From contig MU053365.1 of assembly GCA_013239625.1 (NCBI GenBank), forward strand, positions 124,001 through 188,000: a stretch of DNA of 64,000 bases, written 5' to 3'. The translations under genes were made by a program, and so were the position numbers. Below are positions 1 through 12,235 of this stretch, one piece after another. Under the pieces are notes generated by a model. It was not told where the DNA came from. It ran no database searches and was given only the letters and a program-made list of their open reading frames with translations. Position 1 is the stretch's first letter; every line of letters starts with the position of its first letter. This stretch comes from Lama guanicoe (taxonomy: Eukaryota).

Positions 1-179
1 GATGATGGACTTGCCTACTGAATCAAGGAAATCAGTGTGTTCCAATTGGTCACTCTAATTATTTTGATGGAAAAAAGATTGATTTTTGTCTTTACTGATT
101 TCTTCCCTTTCATGGATCTTCTACTGTGGAATGACCCCAATTGCAGTGGGTATGTGACTTTAATCATCGTAAACACAGT

Positions 180-462
180 GGTCTTGGCATCCCCTCTCGC
201 TCTCTCTCCTCACATTCAACATCCGGAAGTTCTGTTGGCTCCACCTCTATAATAAAGCCTGCATCCATCTATGTCTCTCCAATCCCGTTGTTCCGACCCT
301 AGTCAAGCCGCTATCCTCTGTCTTGGACCACAGCCACAGCCCTTGCTGGCCCCTGCTTCCCTCCCTGCCCCTAATCAGTTTAGTCTCCATGTAGCAACCA
401 GGGTGAGCCTCTTAAATGTAAGCCATATCTAGGCATTCCTTTATTGAAAACCTACCGCTGGT
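180..462 (+). mobile_element. LINE L2 3' region fragment
   Basis: Degenerate match to the L2 3' region (ccctagtcaagccgctatcctctgtcttggaccacagccacagcc...tctccatgtagcaaccagggtgagcctcttaaa). Confidence 0.7.
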
Positions 463-471
463 CCTATAGGC

Positions 472-625
472 CAGTGTTTAGTCTGAAAAATATGGTCCTT
501 GGACTACCTGCCTAAGAATCACCTGAGTTTAAGATATGAATGTCTGGGCCCTGCCCAAGACCTACTAACTGTATCTCTGTGGGTGGAGCCCAGGAAACCA
601 TATTTTAAACAAGCATCCTGAGTCT
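472..625. mobile_element. MER5A-like hAT-Charlie MITE
   Basis: ggtccttggactacctgcctaagaatcacctgag...agacctactaa...gggtggagcccaggaaaccatattttaaacaagc resembles the MER5A consensus. Confidence 0.65.
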
Positions 626-1006
626 GTTAGTTCCCTTTGGGATCTAAAGTCTTGCCAAGAACCCCCTGAGGCCAGCGACCTTGACTTCCTCATGTCTCCT
701 CCCCACTGGATCTAAGATAGGGCCTGGCCCAGAGCAGGTGCTTCAGCTCTGTAAGTTGAGTGAGCAGAATGGATGGTCCAGATGTGTGCATATTTGAACT
801 AAAGCTTGGAAGCAGGGGTCAGGCCAGGGAGGACTTGGGGTTGCAGATGGAGGTGTTTGATTTGCTTCGAGGTCTGGGATCTTTCCAGCTCTGCCTTTCC
901 TCATCCTCCTACTGACCATTACTCCTCCTGCCTGTCCCCCCTCCCACAGAGCCTGAGGTCTGCCTGGCCTGCCTGATTCTGGAATCCTGGTTTCCCATGA
1001 GCTTTT

Positions 1007-1560
1007 TGTATTGGTTTTCTCTTACTGCATAACATACTTCTACAAACTGAGCAGCTTAAACTGGCACACCTTTATTGTGTCACAGTTCTGGGCGTCAGGA
1101 GTCTGGGCATGGCCTAGATCCTCTCGTCAGGGTCTCTCAAGGCTGAAATCAAGATATGGGCTGGGGCTGAGCTTCCTTCTGGAGGCTTGACTGGGGAAGG
1201 ATCTGCCTCTGAGAGTCAGGATGTTGGCAGGATTCGTTTCCTTATGTCTGTATGGCTGAGAGCCTTAGCTTTTGACCGGCTGCAGGCCAGAGGCCCCCTG
1301 AAGTTCCTTGCCACGTGGACTTCTTTAACATGGCTGCTTAATTTATCAAGCCATCCAGGAGGCTCTCTCCTTCCAGTCTGGTAAGATGGAGTCTTACATA
1401 ATCAGATAATTGTAAGGATGACATCCAGCCGTCTTGGCCATATTCTCTATGTGAGAAACAAGCCGTGGGCACTAGCCACACTCAGAGCGAGGAGAGTATG
1501 CAGAGACATGAATGCCAGGGGTGGGGTCGTCGGGGGTTACCCTAGAGTTTGTCTGCCACA
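1007..1560 (-). mobile_element. MaLR solo LTR (MLT1E/F-like)
   Basis: TG...CA termini (tgtattggttttct...gtctgccaca) and MLT1 motifs tttattgtgtcacagttctg, ggctgaaatcaag, tctggaggc. Confidence 0.8.
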
Positions 1561-3169
1561 CCTTTGCCCTAGCAGTGCCACTGGCCCAGGAACTGCTTCA
1601 GAGAAGGACCTCTGGGGCCACCAGCAGCAGCAGCAGGCTCTTCAGCCATCCTGGCCTGAGCCACTGACTGTTCGCATCCTAAGACTTCTCCCAGGGTATG
1701 CGTATCCTGTGGGCCCAGTACCTTAGGCGTATCCGGGTCTAGCGAGGCGAGCTGGGGGGAGCACAGTGCTACCGCCCTGCCTCCCTGGGGAGTGTAGCTT
1801 CGGTAGCCTCCCACGTGTATGGTTTGTGAGCAAGGTGATTGGGAGGAGTACGTGTGTAGGGGGCAGTTTTACATAAACACTTACATCTATCTGTGTCCAC
1901 TCCTGGTTAAAGTAGTGCTGGGTTCAAGGGCTGCTGGCGGGGCTACTGAGATCTTGTGGTGGTCCAGCAGGAAGAGTTCCGGGACGCTAAGGATTGCGGG
2001 GAAGCCTTGCTTTTGGATTCATGGAGGAACACTGAGCTTATAAAAGCATTCAGTATGGAGAGCCAAGTGGGAAACCAAATCCAGAAAGCCAGAGAAGGTA
2101 GTCCCAAAGGCTGCCAGATGGAGGCCCCAAGGCAGACAGAGTTGGGGTACAGAGCCCAGCCGGGAGTAGCACATGGGAAGCAATGGGGGGTGTCATAACA
2201 TATAAAGGGTCTGCAGAATGATGGCCCTGTTACTCCGACATGCTGACTGACTCTTGAACATTAAATTTTACATTTGCATGGAAAATATTTGTTGACTAAA
2301 TGAAGCTCCTTTATTTAGACACACAATGTACAGAGGAATTTGATGTTCTGTACAGTCTGTGCTTGGGGTCAGGTCAGATTCTGTTCTTAACTCATCGATA
2401 AGTGTGGAAGAAAATAGCACGAAAAGCAAATGATCTTGCTTTCTGAAACAAGTGCCTCTTTGAAGGGCCATCCTGCTGTCGTTCTGTGCAGGCGAAGATT
2501 GTTCATCGTGTTCTCTCTCAGCAGATCATCTCACAGAGTCATTGGGCCATTGAACACTGAGCTTTGCGTGGTCCATTTTTTGAAACCTCTTCTGCTCTCC
2601 CCTCGGTGGGCCTCCAGATGGGCTGGCAGTTAGCCAGATCTGTGATGGAGGGCAGATATTCTCAAATGCCTCTATTCACTTGAATGTTTCAGAGGCCTTT
2701 GCAGAAGTCGTCGAAGAGACTGGGAGGCCTAGGCGCGCACTGGGGCCCGTCAGTGGTGCCGCGCTCTGCGTGCGCGAGGAACTGAGCAGCGCTGGCCGAG
2801 GCTGGGAAACTTGGTGGTGAAACGACGAAAAGGCTGAACACGTTCGGGCTGCTTATTGGTGGTGACGGGGCTGCTTCTGCAGCACAATCAGCATCCTTTT
2901 GAAAGAAAAAGCTCTTGGTCTGTAACCGAGATGGGACTTGTCTGCCCGTGTTCTGCCATTTGAGCTTCCACTGACCAGTTCAGATGCCTTCCCGAGTGAG
3001 AATGACATTTCAGCACGAAAACTGCTGCCAGTCGCCAGGCCACGGATGGAGTGTTCTCAGTGTTCGAGCTGAAATGAAAGGATTTCCTGCTGGAATAGAG
3101 AGTACAGAGATGCCGGGCAGGCAGAATGTTCTCCTCCCTCTCCAAGCCCTGTCCCCTGCCTTCAGTACC

Positions 3170-4016
3170 TCAGTCCACAATCTGAGAGTCATCCTTGACA
3201 CCTCCTCCCTGATTTCCTGTGGCCCACCTACCACCCAGCCCTGGAGGTTCCAGCTACTAAATGACTTTCTCCTACACCCACCCTCCCATCTCCTCCCTAC
3301 CAACCCAAGCCACCATCATCTTCTCTCACTAGGACACCTGTCCTGGGTTCCCAATCTGTCTCCCAGCTCGTTCTGATCACTTTCAGTCTGTTCTCCACAC
3401 ATGGGCTAAAGTGACCTCTTAACAGTGCAGATCTTACCAGGTCTCTCTCTCTCTGCCTAAAACCTTTAAGTGTCTTTCCATGATTCTTAGGCTAAACCCC
3501 CAAATCCTTAATACCACCTCCATGGTTCCTTTTGCCTATGGCAGCCTCATCGCGGGCCACTTTCCCCCTCACTCTCTGCCATCCGGTCACATGGGCTGCC
3601 TTTTGAGTCCTCAGAAGATGTGTATTCCTTTCTGCCTCTGGGCCTTCCTTTGCACTTGACCCTTTTGCCTCGAATACCCTTTTCTTCTGCTCTTTTTATC
3701 TAGTTAATTTTCACTGATCCTTAAAAGTGTTAACTCAGATGTCACTGTGTCAAGGGAGCCTCTGTGACCCTCCTCCGAGATAAGGTTAGTCCCCGCTGAG
3801 GTTGGTTCTTCAGGAACTGTGTGCTGTTCCTTCGGAGCGCTTATCACCAGTGTAGCCATGTGAGTAACTGGATTATTAATTGTTTAATGACAGTCTCCCC
3901 CTCTAGACTCTTGGCTCTAGAAGGACAGAGAAGAAGCTGTCTTGTTCGCTGTGGTAAACCCAGCACCAGGCTGGCGTGTTGGAGCCCTGTGTTGGGTGGT
4001 TGTCAAATGAATGAAC
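3170..4016 (+). mobile_element. LINE L2 3' fragment with terminus
   Basis: gtcatccttgacacctcctccct...ccaagccaccatcatc...gtctccccctctagactc...ending tgtcaaatgaatgaa, the typical L2 tail. Confidence 0.8.
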
Positions 4017-4039
4017 GTGTTGCAGGTACTTTCCTACCC

Positions 4040-4108
4040 GGGACTAGCTCTGTGCTCTCAGGCAAGCGACTGAACCTCTCTGAGGGTCTTCACTTGCAAA
4101 ATTGGCAG
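4040..4108 (+). mobile_element. MIR core fragment
   Basis: actagctctgtgctctcaggcaagcgactgaacctctctgag matches the MIR core. Confidence 0.6.
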
Positions 4109-5429
4109 TTCTAAGAGCTCCATGCAAACACAGCTCAAATAATTAGCACCTGCTGGATATTCAATGAATAGTAGTATTTTCCTCCAAACAGAGAGAATTC
4201 TGGGAATTGGTTACTGGAAATTCTATCAATCCATTTCAGAATCCATCCTGCTAACAAAATGCAGCCTCCTTTGGACAGGCCGGTATCGCTTGGAGTATAG
4301 GATGAGGATGTCTCCATCTAGCCATGCAGACCCCCAGAGCAAAACTGAGCCATGTGTGCATGCATCCGTCCATTTATTGAATGTGTGTTTAGGGAGCCCT
4401 GCTATGACCTGGGTGCTGGGACTCGCATAGTGACCAGTATTGTCTCTGACCTCTTGGCGCTTATGGTGAGCCTCCTTCAGTTATCTTGTTTTCACGTCAC
4501 CAAATAAATGGCTTGACTCTTCTGTACTGGTCTTTAGACAGCCCCAGCTGTGGCTTGGGACATGGTGTGCAGGATGCCTTAGCTCTCTTGGTTCCAAGGC
4601 ATTTTATTCTCTAGATAAACTTGCACTGGGATTGTAAAATCAGCATCCACAGAACTTCTTCATTTCATACCTTTATCTTGTGCTCTATACCTGCATCCTC
4701 TTCTGCACCGCACCTGAAATTGCATTCTTTCTCATGACATGGAGGCAGATAGGGTGTCTGTCCTCATCCTTAAGAACAGCAGCTATTTGCAAAATGGTAG
4801 GAAGAAAAGGGATTGGGTGAGCGGGCAGTGTCCTCACGGTGTATTGAAAGCTGTTCAGTTTGTTTTCATTCTCTACCATGTGTCCAAGCGGGCAGCATGG
4901 CTGTGGTTCTCAAGTCTGTTTGCATTTCTCGGCGATTTCCGCTCTTTAAAGACATGTACCTATTGAAATCGAAGAGAACCCCATAACTCCAAGGCACCAG
5001 AGCCCTCTCTCCCACTGTGATTTTCAAGAACGCTGATTTATGACATTTTGGGTGGATAAGGATACCTCGACTGAGAAATGTGCATGCAGAAAACTGCTCT
5101 GCAGAACAGCTCAGACCATCGTGCCAGCCGAGACCTGTATGAGCCACCTGGGGTCCATCTCAGCAGGATGGGCAACCCCCTGAGAGCCAAGAGTCTCTTG
5201 AAATTGTGGAACAGGAGGGCTTGCAAAATCTGTTATCCCTAAGTCACATGCAGGATCATCTGACCGTGGGGAAAGGAAGAAACTTGTCAGTACCCCGTTT
5301 ATTTATTTTGGAAAGTGGTAACCAGGCACCCATGTGTGCGTCTGGGGTTGAGCATGCTAGTTTCAAGGGGGGAAACCTATTATGAGAGGAAAGAGCCCCA
5401 TTCCTCCTCTTTTCAGAAATGCAGGGGCC

Positions 5430-5850
5430 TCTCATGTGACAGACTCAGTTCCGCCGCTTCGCCTTTAATGGAGTGAGCAGATTGCAGGGAGAATGCGATG
5501 CTGCTCAGTAAATTTAATGACTTTATGAAGATAAATGTTTCCCTTCCGAGGCTCCTTCTTGTCAGAATACATTTAATACCGCCATTCCTTTGAGAACTAA
5601 ATTCCTGTAGCACTTTGTGGCATATTAACATGTTTTTCTCACCACATGAAATTGCACTTCAAGCAAGAAATAATAATGTTTCTGCCTCCCCTTGTACATT
5701 TTTATTACTGCCAATGAATAGGAGTAAATTAACTATTATGGCTACCATTATTCACGGGGACAAATTCCTAACTCATTTTACAGAGAATAATAAATAACGG
5801 AATGAATAAGATGCCTTTAATTTCACATGTGAATCATCAAAGATTCCTCT
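5430..5850. promoter_or_regulatory. Candidate conserved non-coding element (enhancer-like)
   Basis: Repeat-free AT-rich block in GC-richer surroundings with many TAAT/ATTA/TTTAT cores; conservation not tested. Confidence 0.4.
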
Positions 5851-6924
5851 GAGTAGCAGAAGAGAGGCCGTCATGTTTATACACAAAATACAAACATACA
5901 GCCAGTGTTGGGCTTCGTGAACTACGTCATCTAACAGTCGCCTACCTTTGGTGACACGCAGCCATGCTGCCCTCGGTCCCTGAGCCAGTGGTGCCAAATT
6001 CCCTGGCATCGGTCTGTCATCCTCAGTTACGTAATGCGTGCTCGAATTCTACACTCAAAGAACACTATTTAGCTTTTAGAAAATCCAGTTACAATTTATC
6101 ACTGTATTCCATAGGCAGCCTCAAGACTAGGAAGATCTGGTTCCTGTTAATGACATTACAAGGCAAATTCCCCTCTCATGGAAACTGCTGAAGTCCTGGC
6201 CAGCGGCTCTTTCATTTCGAATTGCCTTCAACAACCCACATTCCAGCGCAGTGACATAATTTGCACACCTTCTTGTAGCCTCTTCTAATGGGATTTTTTC
6301 TGTGCCATAAATTGTCAAGGCCCTGAAAGGTACAAGCAAGCAGGATAACAGGGAACAGAACAGCATGCACACCCTTCTGGAATATTATTCGACCTAATGA
6401 CATTCCCAGATCTCTAGGGCTGCCCGGCCACATCTGTGCTCTCCCTGCCAGACATCTATTGAGCAGGGCCTGTGCTGGGGTGCAGGACACAGAGGTGAGC
6501 AGTCTCTAGCCTCTCACATAGACTGCCTGGTATCTTTGGTTAGTGGCCCAGAGGGGCCATTGGCTGAATCTCGGCAGAGGGGCGCTAGACCTCCAGGGAG
6601 AGAGGATCTGCCTGGTGGACGGGGGCAGGGCAGGGAGTCCAGCCAGGCAGGCACATGCCGGAAGCAGTTGTGTGCAGGTGGGAGCGTGAGGGAGAACTTG
6701 CACAGGGTGTGAGGAGGCGTCCCTTGCATTTGGGTCATGTCATCTTCATGCAGAACATTAATTCCCATATTCCCCTAAAAACATGAACTAAAACTTGAAC
6801 CTCAGTGCAGAATTCTGCACTGGCTTGATTAAGCTGCTGCTTCCTAGTTTCAGTTTAGCAGATCTTCTTTTCAAATAACTGTGTGCCCCTTATACTCTTC
6901 AACATAGTTTATTTCCTTCCCAAT

Positions 6925-7215
6925 TTCATGAGATTTATAAGTTCCATCTGCAAGCCATCATCAGTGTCTGTATCCAAGTGTCTGCTGAAAATTGTGAAAC
7001 TAGACAAGTTCAAGGTTCCCCCACTGGCTAACATGATTGAATCTTTCAAATTATGGGGCATAGGCAGTCATGCAATTGGTTATAAACCCACTAAACCACA
7101 CTGTAATGTGTAGAATTGGCCATCTCTTCTTTTGGGAAAATTGGAATAGCATGTTGCCTTTTTCCCTCTTCCACTATCAGTCCTAGTCTTACGAGAGAAA
7201 TTCCTCAAAGATTGA
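6925..7215 (-). mobile_element. CR1/L3 LINE RT relic
   Basis: Minus strand reads, with frameshifts, IFSRHLDTDT...LADGT, resembling CR1 RT IFINDLDEDI...FADDT; downstream ttttgggaaaattggaatagcatgttgcc is L3-like. Confidence 0.5.
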
Positions 7216-7309
7216 GAGACTACACCTCTTTCCTCTGTGTGTTGTCCAATTGCCAGGCCAGGAGATAAGAACTTACTTAGAACAACTTATAGCTGCCCTT
7301 TTTGGGAGA

Positions 7310-8100
7310 ATATATGTATTTGCTTATTATAAAGTCACTGAATAAAATTTGGAAAATACAGAAAAATAAGAAAAATTTTAAGTCACCAGTAACCCTACCT
7401 CCCTGCAGTCCCTCTGTTAGTGTATTTTTCTGTGGCCTTTCACTTTTGCTCTCTGCACATGCAGACATGTACGTGGATATGTAAGTGGGTGCATTTTTCT
7501 GATCCCTGTAGGATAAGTTCTTAGAAGTGCTGAGTCAAACAATATAGATTTTTTAAAATTGAAATATGCTTTATTTACAATGTTGTGTTAGTTTCTGGTG
7601 TATAGCATAGTGATTCAGTTATACATACACATACTCTTTTCCCATATAGGTTATTACAAGATATTGAATATAGTTCCCTGTGCGATATGGTAGGACCTTG
7701 TTATTTAAAACAATATAGATTGTTAAGACTTTTTATGTAGTTTGCCAAATTGCCACACAGAAAAGTCTTACCAGTTGGTACTTTGACATTAGTGTCTCAG
7801 TACACATATCCCTGGCCCTTTGACAATCATGTATATCCTCTTGCTTAAAATCTTTGCCTATGCAGTAGGCAAAAAAAATAAAGAAGTATAATTAATTGGT
7901 GTATTATTTTCATTTTACATTTCTTTGATTAGCAGTCTTGTTGGGCATGTTAAAGTTCATTAAACATATGTGATGTATATGCTGTAATTGTCTGTTTAGG
8001 TCTTTTGTCTCTTTTGTGTTGAGTTTTTTTTCTTACTGATTTCTGAGACCTTTTTATATATGAAGGATATAACACTTGTCATATTTGTTGGAATAGTTGT
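7310..8100 (-). mobile_element. Old L1M (L1ME-like) 3' fragment
   Basis: taggataagttcttagaagtg...tgccaaattgcc...catttctttgatt, typical of antisense old L1 3' regions. Confidence 0.65.
7551..7707 (-). mobile_element. Short 5'-truncated artiodactyl-type L1 3' end nested in an older L1M
   Basis: atttacaatgttgtgttagtttctggtgtatagcatagtgattcagttatacat...ttattacaagatattgaatatagttccctgtgc, flanked by the exact 14-bp TSD aaacaatatagatt (7537-7550, 7708-7721). Confidence 0.85.
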
Positions 8101-9189
8101 TTGGTTTCTCATTAGCTTCAGTTTCTCCTGGGAAATAGGGAAGATTCTCTTTGCTCTGCAAGGCTGGTTTGAAGGTGAGCCACCGTGAGTAAAGCCCCTA
8201 ACCCAGTGTCTGGCATGGCCAATGCTCAGTGTAGGATCCCCATTACTCTTGTGGTCATTGATTAGACTTGTAATCCACACGGTATGGACTTGGCTGTTCG
8301 GGCTTGTCCCCTACAGCCCAGATCTCTGTGCAGGAAGCCCTAATACGAGAACTGCCTTTTTAGACCAGCACAGGACCCCATCACCTTCTTCCTGCAGTGC
8401 TACCCATCAGGCTGGCTGACCTTTCAAAGGATGACTTCAGCTAGAGGACACAGATCCCAGTGCCACCAAAAGGGTCTGAAGAAGTGGCACAGCCTGCCTA
8501 GGACTAAATGCTATCCCTGCTCCTACTAAGGGAATGACGGCAGAGAGGACATAAGGAACATGCTCAGGGTCACCCAGTAGCTGAGGAAAACCTCAGTGTG
8601 TGACGTCTCAGAAGCCAGCCATAGAAACGTGAACAAATTTGCTCTCTGGCTGGAGGATTTCTTACCCATCAAATGAAGAGGTTTTAGTAGGCGATCTGTG
8701 AGACCATTGGAACTCCAGCAGTCTATATTTCTGCCAGAGGATCTGTGGGTCGAAGAATAGCCCTGATTCATTAGCCATGAAATTCCTAATATTGATTCAC
8801 AGTTGCCTAAGGGCATTTTGTATCCTTTGCAACTCTTGGTCCTATTACTTATGTTGCCAGTGAGGAGGGGGTTGGGAGGTACAGGAGCCAGCCTCCTTAT
8901 ATTCGGACATGATTCCTAATCAAAACCCCTTCTGTAATACGAAGTGCGGGGTATGGGGTACTGGCTCGCAGGCTCCTCTAACTCAGCGCGTCCCCAAACT
9001 GAATTCAGCTCGTCCTCTGGCCCCGGAGTTATTCCTCCTGGAAGAGCATCCTGGCTGCCCCTCCTTGCATTTCTCCTGGTTTGTGATTCTGCCTGTCTTA
9101 GTGAGGTTATCTGCTTGATGTCCGTCTCTTCTGGGATTTCTGCTCGTCAGGAGGTGAAATGTGGTCCTTCAGTGTAATTGTGCATTTTC

Positions 9190-9740
9190 ACCTAGCCTCT
9201 CTCATAGAATGTTCCACACCATGTTACACTTCTTGGTTTAGTTATCTGTCTCTTGCTAAAGCCTGCAAGCTCCTTGAGGACAGGGCATGCCAGGGAATGA
9301 ATGTTTGTGCCTCTCCTGCCTAAGTTCACTGAAGCCCTAGGCCCTCATGTGATGGTGTTTGGAGACAGACAGGGCGTTTGCGTGGGGACTAGGGTTGGAT
9401 GAGGTTGTGAGTTGGGTCCCTTATGAGAAGAGACTCCAGGGAGCTGGCGCTCTCTGGAGGGCAGATTACGTGAGCGCACAGTGAGACGGCCCTGTCCTGA
9501 GCCAGGAAGGGGGCCCTTATCAGAACGGGACCCTCCTGGCACCCTGATCTGGGACTTCCAGCTTCCAGAACTGTGAGCAAACCCATTTCTATTGTGTAAC
9601 CTGCCCAGTCTATGGTGCTGGGCTGCGGCAGCCTGAGCCGACGGAGACAGGGCACGTCTTTTCTTTGGCCCTCCTGTTCTCAGCACAAAAGAGCTGCTCG
9701 GTATTTTTTGAGCTGGCACAAAATAGGTGCTCAGTGAAAA
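9190..9740 (+). mobile_element. L2 3' end interrupted by an MLT1A LTR
   Basis: ctgcaagctccttgaggacagggca [LTR] cgtcttttct...ctggcacaaaataggtgctcagt. Confidence 0.65.
9288..9649 (+). mobile_element. MaLR solo LTR (MLT1A/MLT1A0-like)
   Basis: TG...CA termini, gaatgtttgtg...gatggtgtttggag...ggcaccctgatctgggacttccagcttccagaactgtgag; exact 5-bp TSD gggca (9283-9287, 9650-9654). Confidence 0.88.
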
Positions 9741-10249
9741 GGAGACGCTGGAGGAAGGACTGTCTAGGTGAGAAGCCCAGCTGTTCTTGGCATTAGAGAC
9801 CACATCCTGATCCCCCTCCATGCCAGTGGAGCAGCCATGCTCCCCTCCTCTTGGCACATCTAGCCTACGAGATGCCGAGGAAGCTGGACTCCAGACTGAT
9901 GTCCCCTCCCCAGGAGTGAGAACTGCTTCCCAGCGTGAAAGTGGCCAGAAACCAAAAGTGATAAAAATATCAAATGACATGAGGCCTCACCCAAGCTTAC
10001 TGAAGATCTTCTTTTCCTGGGGGAAGAACCATCTGAGCCTCCCAGGAGGAAGCCAAGAACTCTAGAGAAAGATACTCTCAGGAGAAGCAGTGTAACCACG
10101 GGTCCTTCTGGGCAATGCCCTGGTTTGGGGTGCTCCCCCTAAGTATGTCTAAGTCCCGCTTAATGTGCAGCTCAGGTGAGGAGGACGCAAAGCTCTTCTG
10201 TTAGTTTCTGGTGGCGCAGAGGGGCGGAGAGCCCTGGCTCTCCATTTGG

Positions 10250-10700
10250 CCGTCTAAGACCCATCTCTAGCGGGCGGCGTCCTAGGTCCCCTGTATTCCC
10301 CACTGCCGCCACGTGGGGGTAGCCTTGTGTGCAAGTCAGGGTTCTCCAGAGAAAAGGAACCGCCAGGACGTGCGGGTGTCCGCGGGGAGACTTGCTGTGA
10401 GGAACTGGCTGACGTGCCCGAGGGGCTGACTAGCCCAGCCGCGCAGTGTGGGCCGGCGGCGGGGCCCCGCGGGGCCACAGTGCAGACCGAGTCCAAAGCC
10501 AGCGCCGCCCTTCCCGGGGACAGCTTTGGGAAAGTCCTCCCTGCCCTTCCCTCCTTTTGCCACCGCTCCCGGGGGCGAGCACAGCCAGGCTCTTGCCTGC
10601 CGAGGCCACTGCTGAGGGAAGTCGCAGGGCAGGAGTCTGTCCCGTGTCCCGTCGCGCCCGGGTAGGGATATGAAACACGAGGAGCTCACGAAATGGAGGG
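10250..10700. promoter_or_regulatory. Small CpG-rich, GC-rich patch (orphan CpG-island-like)
   Basis: Dense CpGs such as gccggcggcggggccccgcgg and gtcgcgcccggg in non-repeat sequence. Confidence 0.45.
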
Positions 10701-10739
10701 TCGGGATGGTCTGTGACTCAGACGAATGACAGTGGAGTG

Positions 10740-10751
10740 GCCCTCTTGTGG
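10740..10751 (-). promoter_or_regulatory. Candidate CTCF core motif
   Basis: Minus strand CCACAAGAGGGC resembles the CTCF core CCASYAGRKGGC with one deviation. Confidence 0.4.
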
Positions 10752-11094
10752 CAGTGCCATTTCACGTGAAATGCTCTACAGGCTTTGTGAGGAAGGCACC
10801 AAATAAAATTTTTTTAATTTAAATATTTTTATTAAATTTAAAAAATTTAATATCAGTCATCACATCAGAAGGTTTTAGTGGAACTTACTTGGAGCCGAAA
10901 TGCCTATTAAGACTCTAAATATCATTCGGAGCCTGACAGATGTGACCTTCACCATCAGAGAACGCACGATGGTTCTTTGGTGTCTCCAGCCTCGCTTTTG
11001 CCGCCCTTGGTCTTGGTCCTGGCTCAGGGGTCTTCAGTCATTTTTTCAGAAGTCCCCAAGTGAGACCCACAAACAGAGCTGAGAAGCACTGGTT

Positions 11095-11330
11095 ACAGGA
11101 TCAACTCCAACCTCTTTAACGTGGCACAGACAGGCCCTCAGTGGTCTCACCCTGGCCTCCCTCCCGGCACTCCTCTCTCACCTAACACTCCAGCCTGTAC
11201 GAATCACTCCTGGTTCAAGAAGTTGCCAAGCTCTGAGTCTTACCTCCTGTGACCTCTTCTGCCTGGAGCGTCCCTCCCTCCTCGTGATGGTTGTCGACCA
11301 AGCAAACAGCACCCCCATCTGGGAACCGTC
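11095..11330 (+). mobile_element. L2 fragment
   Basis: ccaacctctttaacgtggcacagacaggccctcagtggtctcaccctggcctccctc...cactccagcc...ctgcctggagcgtccctcc. Confidence 0.6.
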
Positions 11331-12019
11331 CCCGCTCCAGTAGAACGGACTCCCTTAGAATCGCATACACATTTTCCTCCCAGCTTTTCCTCCACTTTTG
11401 TTCTCCCAGGTCTCAGGATGCTCAGCCTTGGAGACTCTGGCAGGAAAACAAAAGGAATTACGAGGTGTATCACCACTGCGATGTCAGTCCGATTTTCTTG
11501 TGCTAAGTGTGATTTTCAGACCCTAAAAAGTCAACAGCTCAGTGTCGCTCGGATCAGCGGGATTGACCCACCAGGAACAAGACTGGTCGGTTTCCCTGTT
11601 TTTCGGAGAAGTCTTCTGGGGAGAGCGGCTTCAGGGACTTAGCCATTTCCCCAAGGGATCAGTAGCTTGCCGATTTCATTCTGTAGAGCAGTGTCAAGCA
11701 CTTTTAAACAGCTTCTGCTAGTGTTATTAGATCTTTCCAAGCCAGAGGTTGGCTTATGTTTTTGTTTTTGTCTTTTTTCAGTACTGCAGTTCATCCTCTT
11801 AACTTAAAAAGAAGCCTGACCTCCTTTTCCTGCTTTTTTGGTTCTTTCCTTTGCTTCCTGCATTAGTGTCAGACACGCTCTCCCTTTGGCCTGTACTCAT
11901 TCGCACACTTTCTGTTCGCCAGGTCCTTTTCATCCCATTACTGTCACCTCTGGACCAGACAGGACTCCCTCAGTTGGGTCTGGTTCAGAGTTTGGGAAGT
12001 GGCTTTCCCTCCTTCCCCC

Positions 12020-12235
12020 AGCTTTAGTGAGAGCTAGCTGACATCGAACATTGGGTGAATTTAAGGTGTATGATGGGTTGACTTGATACCCTTGGATGTT
12101 GTACAGTAATTACTACCGGCAGCTCAGGACCATCACATGCCATGTTACCATTTCTTTCTGTGGTGAGAACGCGTAAGATCCACCCACTTGGCAGCTGTCA
12201 TGGGTATGAGGCAGAGCTAGCTGATGTTCCGTATC
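12020..12235 (-). mobile_element. L1MA9-like 3' UTR fragment
   Basis: atttaaggtgtatgatgggttgacttgatac...ttaccatttctttctgtggtgagaacgcgtaagatc. Confidence 0.65.

Noticed and set aside
1622..1636. (CAG)5 giving a short polyQ in ORF 1418-1726
   Set aside because: Too short to be meaningful, and the ORF begins inside an MLT1 LTR
2690..2870. CpG-rich stretch after ttcAG that looks exon-like (EAFAEVVEETGRPRR...)
   Set aside because: Weak pyrimidine tract, no convincing donor before in-frame stops, and an unrecognised peptide
9345..9980. Longest ORF in the track (211 aa, minus strand)
   Set aside because: It runs through an L2 end and the antisense strand of an MLT1A LTR, has no recognisable domain and is best explained by chance
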